A stretch of DNA of 64,000 bases from Sulfurospirillaceae bacterium (lineage in GTDB: Bacteria > Campylobacterota > Campylobacteria > Campylobacterales > Sulfurospirillaceae). The position numbers and the translations under genes were made by a program. The notes beneath the pieces are model-generated. The model made no database searches and had not been told where the DNA came from. It saw nothing but the letters and a program-made list of their open reading frames with translations. Below are positions 58,431 to 64,000 of the stretch, piece after piece. Each line of letters opens with the position of its first letter. The stretch's first letter is position 1. The stretch is taken from the NCBI GenBank assembly GCA_033723415.1, contig JAWVXD010000003.1, positions 192,001-256,000 on the forward strand, written 5' to 3'.

Positions 58431-60590
58431 ATGAGTGACATCTTTTCTATGTTGTATTTAAAGCACACAAAAGATAATCTACTCAATATCTCAAATTCAT
58501 TTAATATGAGTACTGCTGGTATCATTATGCTGGTTTCTCTTTTTATTACTATGCATATTTTGCACCTTGTCCCAATCTATTTTCTTCTGTGTTGGATCAC
58601 TCTAAATTTTCTTCTTATTGGCATACGACTTTATTATGCTAAAGCTTTATCTAATGAGTTAAACCAGGAAAGTCATGATAATAAAAGAGTAAAATATTTT
58701 AAAAATTATCTGATATCCGTATTTGCAAGCGGGGCATTATGGGGGCTTTTCTTTGTAGTGTGTTTTCATTATCTCAATAGGGAAAATATACTATTTTTGG
58801 CAAGTATCTTATTTGCTCTTTTAGCAGGAGCAATTATGACTATAGGTTCTAGTTTTTTGGGAGTGTTTTTATATAACATACCTATAGTTATACCTACAAT
58901 TATAGCTCTATTATTAAAACCGTATGATATCATTTATATACTTGAAGCATTGATATTGGCATTTTTTGTATATATAACACTTAAAATCTCATATAAAAAA
59001 CAAGTTCTTTCCTTAGAAATGGAGCAAAATTTAGATCTTATGCGCCAGCATGAATATATTTCAAATCAAAACTCTATTATTTCTAAAACTGATACAAGAG
59101 GTGTTATAACTTACGCAAACGATAACTTTTGTAAAGTATCAGGCTATAGCAGAGACGAGCTGGTCGGACATATGCACAATATAATAAGACATCCTGATAT
59201 GCCTAAATCAACCTTTGAAGAGATGTGGCGCGTAATTAAAAAAGAGAAGAAAACTTGGCAAGGAATTATAAAAAATATGACCAAATCAGGTGAACCGTAT
59301 TATCTAAATGCAACTATAAGCCCAATATTTGACAGCTATGGAAATATAAAAGAGTATATAGCATTGCGTCATGACATAAGCTCTATCATGAGTGATAAAA
59401 AACAACTTTTTAATTATTTAGAAGTAAATAAATTGAGTTTTCTTGTTATGATCCAGATTGAAGATTATGATATGTTAGAAAAATTTTATGATAAGGCAAA
59501 TGTAGAAAAGATAGAAAAGAAATTTGGAGAAGCAATACTGCATATGATGTCGGGAGAGTGTAAATTTCAAAAGGTATATCATCTAGAAAGTGGTTTGTAT
59601 GCTCTTGCAAAAGATAGAAGGACTTGTCAAATATCACGCGAAGAGATAGAGAAGATGCTAGAACAATTTTTGCAAAATGTAAAGAGTTATGTTGTAAAAC
59701 TCGATGAGATAGAGTATGATATTTCAGCAATTTGCAGCTATACGTATGGAGTACATCAAACTTATGAAGATGCCAAGATAGGTATTGAAAAAGCAATCAA
59801 ATATAAAGAACAGATAGTTTATGCAGATGGTTTGTCGTGTGTTGAACATGCAATAGCCTTAAATAACATAGAAACTCTTCGTACATTAAAAGTTGCAATT
59901 GATGGAAGCAAGATCATCTCATATTTCCAGCCGATCATAAATAATCATACAGGTAAAGTAGAAAAATACGAGTCCTTAGTAAGATTGATTGATGATAAAG
60001 GCAATATAATCTCGCCGGCTGCTTTCTTGGATATTGCCAAAAAAGGGCGTTATTATGCCCAGGTTACGATGATAGTATTGAAAAATTCATTTAAAATTCT
60101 AAGAGATACAGATAAAGAGATATCTATTAATCTCTCAGCTGTAGATATTGAAACAGATAAAACAAGAGAGGAAATTTTCAAGCTGCTGCGTGAACATTCA
60201 AAAGATGCCTCGCGCATTGTATTCGAACTTTTAGAGAGTGAAGACGTAAAAGATGAAAATGCAATAATTTCTTTTATAAAACAAGTAAAACCACTTGGCG
60301 TAAAAATTGCAATTGATGATTTTGGCACGGGATACTCCAACTTTGAGAGACTTTTACAATATGAGCCTGATCTATTGAAAATAGATGGCAGTCTGATAAA
60401 AAATATTAAGACAAACCCTGTTAGCCTCAGTATTATAGAAACTATAGTAATATTTGCAAAAAAACAAAATATTAAAACTGTTGCCGAGTTTGTTGAAAAT
60501 AAAGAAATACATGAAGTCGTTAAAAATATGGGTATTGACTACTCTCAAGGTTATGCTTTTGGGAAGCCTGAAGAGCTGATAAAAGACTAG
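58431..60590 (+). CDS. membrane PAS, degenerate GGDEF, EAL phosphodiesterase
   Basis: multiple TM segments, RHPDMP PAS, ESL, DDFGTGYS. Confidence 0.9.
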   Translation: MSDIFSMLYLKHTKDNLLNISNSFNMSTAGIIMLVSLFITMHILHLVPIYFLLCWITLNFLLIGIRLYYAKALSNELNQESHDNKRVKYFKNYLISVFASGALWGLFFVVCFHYLNRENILFLASILFALLAGAIMTIGSSFLGVFLYNIPIVIPTIIALLLKPYDIIYILEALILAFFVYITLKISYKKQVLSLEMEQNLDLMRQHEYISNQNSIISKTDTRGVITYANDNFCKVSGYSRDELVGHMHNIIRHPDMPKSTFEEMWRVIKKEKKTWQGIIKNMTKSGEPYYLNATISPIFDSYGNIKEYIALRHDISSIMSDKKQLFNYLEVNKLSFLVMIQIEDYDMLEKFYDKANVEKIEKKFGEAILHMMSGECKFQKVYHLESGLYALAKDRRTCQISREEIEKMLEQFLQNVKSYVVKLDEIEYDISAICSYTYGVHQTYEDAKIGIEKAIKYKEQIVYADGLSCVEHAIALNNIETLRTLKVAIDGSKIISYFQPIINNHTGKVEKYESLVRLIDDKGNIISPAAFLDIAKKGRYYAQVTMIVLKNSFKILRDTDKEISINLSAVDIETDKTREEIFKLLREHSKDASRIVFELLESEDVKDENAIISFIKQVKPLGVKIAIDDFGTGYSNFERLLQYEPDLLKIDGSLIKNIKTNPVSLSIIETIVIFAKKQNIKTVAEFVENKEIHEVVKNMGIDYSQGYAFGKPEELIKD

Positions 60591-60672
60591 CGATTAACAC
60601 TAATCTACATATTCAAATATAATTCAAGTTTTATTGATTTTTGTACATTTGTTTGGTTGAAACACAATAAAA

Positions 60673-60744
60673 TTCATTATAGCTTAAGGTATATAACGAT
60701 AAGATTTCATCAAAATTTCGTTATATACTAAGGAATACAATGCA
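60673..60744. promoter_or_regulatory. two ModE-box-like sites over modE promoter and RBS
   Basis: TATATAACGAT at 60690 and TCGTTATATA at 60718. Confidence 0.6.
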
Positions 60745-61519
60745 TTTTAGTTCAAACCTGACACTTGGAGAATCAGATCAACCTCTCTTTATAGAAAAAA
60801 GAATTAATCTTTTGAAAGCTATTCAAGATGAGGGTTCTATACTAAAAGCTGCAAAAATGGTTCCTATGAGCTATAAATCTGCTTGGGAAGCCATAGATTC
60901 TATGAATAATCTTGCTCCATTTCCTATCGTTGAAAAAGAAACAGGCGGTGCTGGAGGAGGAGGAACAAAGCTTACAAATTACGGTAAAACTTTACTTCAA
61001 AACTATGAAATATTAAAAAAAGAGCAAGAAAAATTTCTCCTTTATCTTTCAACATTAGCAGATTTTGACACAAAAAATATACAAACCATCAAAAGGATCT
61101 CAATGCAGATAAGTGCAAGAAATCAGATTAGAGGCATTGTCGATAAGATTGTGACAAGCGATGTAAATGCCAATGTAATAGTGGTTCCAAAAAGCGGGCA
61201 TGAGCTGTTTGCAAATATCACAAGTTCAAGCATAGAATCTTTATGTATAAAAGAAGGAGATGAAGTTGTGGCAATTTTCAAATCCTCCAGCGTTCTCATA
61301 TCAACCGATGCCAATATAAGTATAAGTGCAAGAAACAGGATAGAGGGTACGATATCTAAAATCATACAAAACAATACAAACAGCGAGGTTGTGATAGATA
61401 TAGGAGGAGACAGCATCACGTCAGTGATCACTTCAGGTTCAGTAAAAAGGTTAGGTTTAAAAGTTGGCTCATCCATAACGGCTCTCATTAAATCAAGTGA
61501 CATTATAATAGGAAAATAA
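60740..61519 (+). CDS. modE: molybdate-responsive regulator
   Basis: HTH GSILKAA..MSYKSAW plus two SARN TOBE domains. Confidence 0.93.
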   Translation: MHFSSNLTLGESDQPLFIEKRINLLKAIQDEGSILKAAKMVPMSYKSAWEAIDSMNNLAPFPIVEKETGGAGGGGTKLTNYGKTLLQNYEILKKEQEKFLLYLSTLADFDTKNIQTIKRISMQISARNQIRGIVDKIVTSDVNANVIVVPKSGHELFANITSSSIESLCIKEGDEVVAIFKSSSVLISTDANISISARNRIEGTISKIIQNNTNSEVVIDIGGDSITSVITSGSVKRLGLKVGSSITALIKSSDIIIGK

Positions 61520-61528
61520 GGAGAAAAA

Positions 61529-62278
61529 ATGTTTAAAAAATCAATAATCGCAAGTTTGTTTTTAAGTGTATCGGTGTTTGCAGGAACTATCAATATAGCA
61601 GTAGCTGCCAATGTTAGTTATGCCATGGGAGCATTAAAAAGTGAATTCAACAAATTATATCCAAATATAAAAGTGCAAGTCACACTAAGTAGCAGTGGCA
61701 AATTAACCGCTCAAATCAAAAACGGCGCGCCATATGGACTTTTTATGGCAGCAAATATGAAATATCCACAGGCTCTGTATAAAAGTGGCGATGCTATCAC
61801 CAGACCGCTTATATATGCACAAGGCTCTTTGGCATATTTGAGTACCAAAAAACAAGATTTTTCAAAGGGTATTAACCTTCTCAAAGAAAAACAAATCTCA
61901 AAAATTGCTGTTGCAAATCCAAAAACGGCTCCTTATGGCAAGGCTGCAATTCAGGCTATGAAAAAAGGCGACGTGTATGATAGCATAAAAAATAAACTTG
62001 TCTACGCCGAGTCTATTTCTCAAACAGTTTCTTATACTATCAGTGCAACGGATATAGGGTTTATCGCAAAATCATCTCTCTTTAGTCCCAAGATGGCAAA
62101 ATACAAAAAAGGTATCAATTGGAGTGATGTGGATCCAAAATTATATACTCCTATCAACCAAGGTATCGTGATACTCAAAAACGGTGAAAAAAACTCAGAA
62201 ATTGCAGCTTTTTATGGCTTTATTCTTAGTAAGCGAGCCAAAAAAATATTTAATGATTTTGGTTATGCAGTTCCATGA
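61529..62278 (+). CDS. modA: molybdate ABC substrate-binding protein
   Basis: SSGKLTAQI.NGAP, ANPKTAPYG. Confidence 0.95.
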   Translation: MFKKSIIASLFLSVSVFAGTINIAVAANVSYAMGALKSEFNKLYPNIKVQVTLSSSGKLTAQIKNGAPYGLFMAANMKYPQALYKSGDAITRPLIYAQGSLAYLSTKKQDFSKGINLLKEKQISKIAVANPKTAPYGKAAIQAMKKGDVYDSIKNKLVYAESISQTVSYTISATDIGFIAKSSLFSPKMAKYKKGINWSDVDPKLYTPINQGIVILKNGEKNSEIAAFYGFILSKRAKKIFNDFGYAVP

Positions 62279-62670
62279 ATGAAGTAAAAGCCGAAGTAGT
62301 CAAGATTGATAATCTTGAAAATTTAAATATCGTCACACTCTCTTTTGGAGACATCCCTCTTGTTATGATGGGTTTGGAACTTGCCAATGGAGTAAAAATA
62401 GGCAGCATGGTAGAGTTGAGCGTAAAGCCGACTCATGTTGCCATAGCTAAAGAATTTAGTGGGATGATAAGCTTCAGCAACAAATTAAATGCTAGGATAA
62501 TAGGAGTAGAAAACGGTAAACTCTTAAGCAGTATCAAGCTTATAGTAGGAGAAACTATTTTTGAAAGTATAGTATCGCTAAATAGTTCAAAAAATATGAA
62601 TCTGCAGGTAGATGACGAGGTAACACTCTTGATAAAGGCCAGTGAATTGTTTATAAGAAAGGTTTTGTAG
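62275..62670 (+). CDS. TOBE-domain protein
   Basis: tandem TOBE-like repeats in mod operon. Confidence 0.8.
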   Translation: MNEVKAEVVKIDNLENLNIVTLSFGDIPLVMMGLELANGVKIGSMVELSVKPTHVAIAKEFSGMISFSNKLNARIIGVENGKLLSSIKLIVGETIFESIVSLNSSKNMNLQVDDEVTLLIKASELFIRKVL

Positions 62671-63365
62671 TGCTGGATATATTAAAAGCGATAGATTTTA
62701 CTCCATTTTTGTTGTCATTTAAACTTGCTAGTGTTGTGACTTTTATATTGTTTATATTGAGTCTGCCTTTGGCTTGGTATCTATCTCAAACAAGATCAAG
62801 AGCAAAACCGCTTTTAGAGGCTATCACAGCTTTGCCTATCGTGCTTCCACCTTCAGTTCTTGGATTTTACATACTTTATGCCTTATCTCAACACTCTTTG
62901 ATAGGAGAATTTTTCCAAGCGTATTTGGGTGTAAAATTGGTATTTAATTTCACAGGACTCGTGATCGCAAGTTGTTTTTATTCTTTGCCGTTTATGGTGC
63001 AACCTATGCAGAGTGGATTTGAGAGTCTAAATAAAAATATGATAGAAGCGTCTTATATTAGTGGAAAGAGCAAGATACAAACGCTTTTTAAGATAGCTTT
63101 GCCAAATATAAAACCTTCTTTAATGACAGCGCTTATCGTCACTTTTGCTCATACGGTCGGGGAATTTGGAGTTGTTCTCATGGTAGGTGGATCTATACCA
63201 AATCAGACAAAGGTAGCTTCTGTTGCTATATATGAAATGGTTGAAAATCTAGATTACACATCAGCTCATGTATATAGTGCTATCATGGTATCGATCAGCT
63301 TTTTAGTTTTGCTAGGAGCATATATATTTAACGGCAAACAAAATTCAAAATTCAATAGGCTGTAA
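62670..63365 (+). CDS. modB: molybdate ABC permease
   Basis: LPIVLPPSVLGFY, FAHTVGEFG. Confidence 0.95.
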   Translation: MLDILKAIDFTPFLLSFKLASVVTFILFILSLPLAWYLSQTRSRAKPLLEAITALPIVLPPSVLGFYILYALSQHSLIGEFFQAYLGVKLVFNFTGLVIASCFYSLPFMVQPMQSGFESLNKNMIEASYISGKSKIQTLFKIALPNIKPSLMTALIVTFAHTVGEFGVVLMVGGSIPNQTKVASVAIYEMVENLDYTSAHVYSAIMVSISFLVLLGAYIFNGKQNSKFNRL

Positions 63366-63366
63366 A

Positions 63367-64000
63367 ATGATAACAATAGATATAGATAAAAAACTTTTTG
63401 GTAGTTTTGGAGATATGGATTTAAAAGTAAATCTAAACATAAAAGAGGGCGATTTTATAGCACTTAGCGGTAAAAGTGGCAGCGGCAAGACAACTCTTCT
63501 TAGGATTTTGGCAGGATTAGAAAAATCAGACGGTACCATAAGCATAGGAGATACTATATGGCAGGATAAAAAAAGATTTTTACCTCCTCAAAAAAGAGAG
63601 ATCGGTTTCGTATTTCAAGATTATGCTCTGTTCCCAAATATGAGCGTTATCGACAATCTTTTATTTGTGAATAATGACAGTAAATTAGCTGATGCTTTGC
63701 TAGAAATTACGGAATTAAGTGAGTTAAAAAATAGATTTCCGGCATTTTTGAGTGGCGGGCAAAAGCAAAGAGTTAGTTTATGTAGAGCTTTGATGAACAA
63801 TCCAAAAATCCTTTTGCTAGATGAGCCGCTTTCAGCACTTGATACTGATATGCGAGGAAAACTACAAAGTGAGATATTAACGCTTCACAAAGAATTTAAA
63901 ACTACCACTATCATGGTGAGTCATGATCCAAGCGAAATATATCGTTTAGCAAGTAGAGTTATAATCTTAAATCTTGGACAAATAATAAATGACGGAAATC
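63367..64000 (+). CDS. modC: molybdate ABC ATPase (partial, runs off window)
   Basis: GKSGSGKTT, LSGGQKQR, LLDEP read in frame from ATG 63367. Confidence 0.92.
   Translation, partial: MITIDIDKKLFGSFGDMDLKVNLNIKEGDFIALSGKSGSGKTTLLRILAGLEKSDGTISIGDTIWQDKKRFLPPQKREIGFVFQDYALFPNMSVIDNLLFVNNDSKLADALLEITELSELKNRFPAFLSGGQKQRVSLCRALMNNPKILLLDEPLSALDTDMRGKLQSEILTLHKEFKTTTIMVSHDPSEIYRLASRVIILNLGQIINDGN

Noticed and set aside
26354..63545. Numerous short antisense or overlapping ORFs in the track
   Set aside because: They lie within well-supported genes and show no recognisable motifs

Overview
AT-rich DNA from what looks like a Campylobacterota (Sulfurospirillum/Sulfurimonas-like) chromosome; the taxon is inferred from gene content and style. 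Positions 1-25567 are a complete ~25.5 kb integrative element inserted at a tRNA with a CAT anticodon, bounded by a 37-bp direct repeat (1-37 and 25531-25567). It carries a tyrosine integrase, a Xis-like protein, an AAA helicase-like Rep protein with iterons, and a CI-like repressor. It also carries a Csu-type chaperone-usher pilus operon, orphan secreted proteins and lipoproteins, an HUH relaxase with RHH accessory proteins and a candidate oriT, a coupling protein split over two genes, a secreted nuclease and an Eco47II/Sau96I-like RM system. No VirB4/T4SS genes are recognisable. The element has several unexplained cis-motif systems: a 19-bp repeat in 10 copies, a TTATGAATAT motif ahead of at least 8 start codons, a ~115-bp iteron block duplicated in inverted orientation at both ends, and an 11-bp periodic array. 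From 25.6 to 36 kb the DNA looks acquired (RAYT and IS3 remnants, ggt, thrC, kup, a porin/c-di-GMP cassette). The rest holds ectABCD-ask, c-di-GMP enzymes, a DEAD-box helicase, an MCP, redox genes and modE-modA-TOBE-modB-modC (partial).
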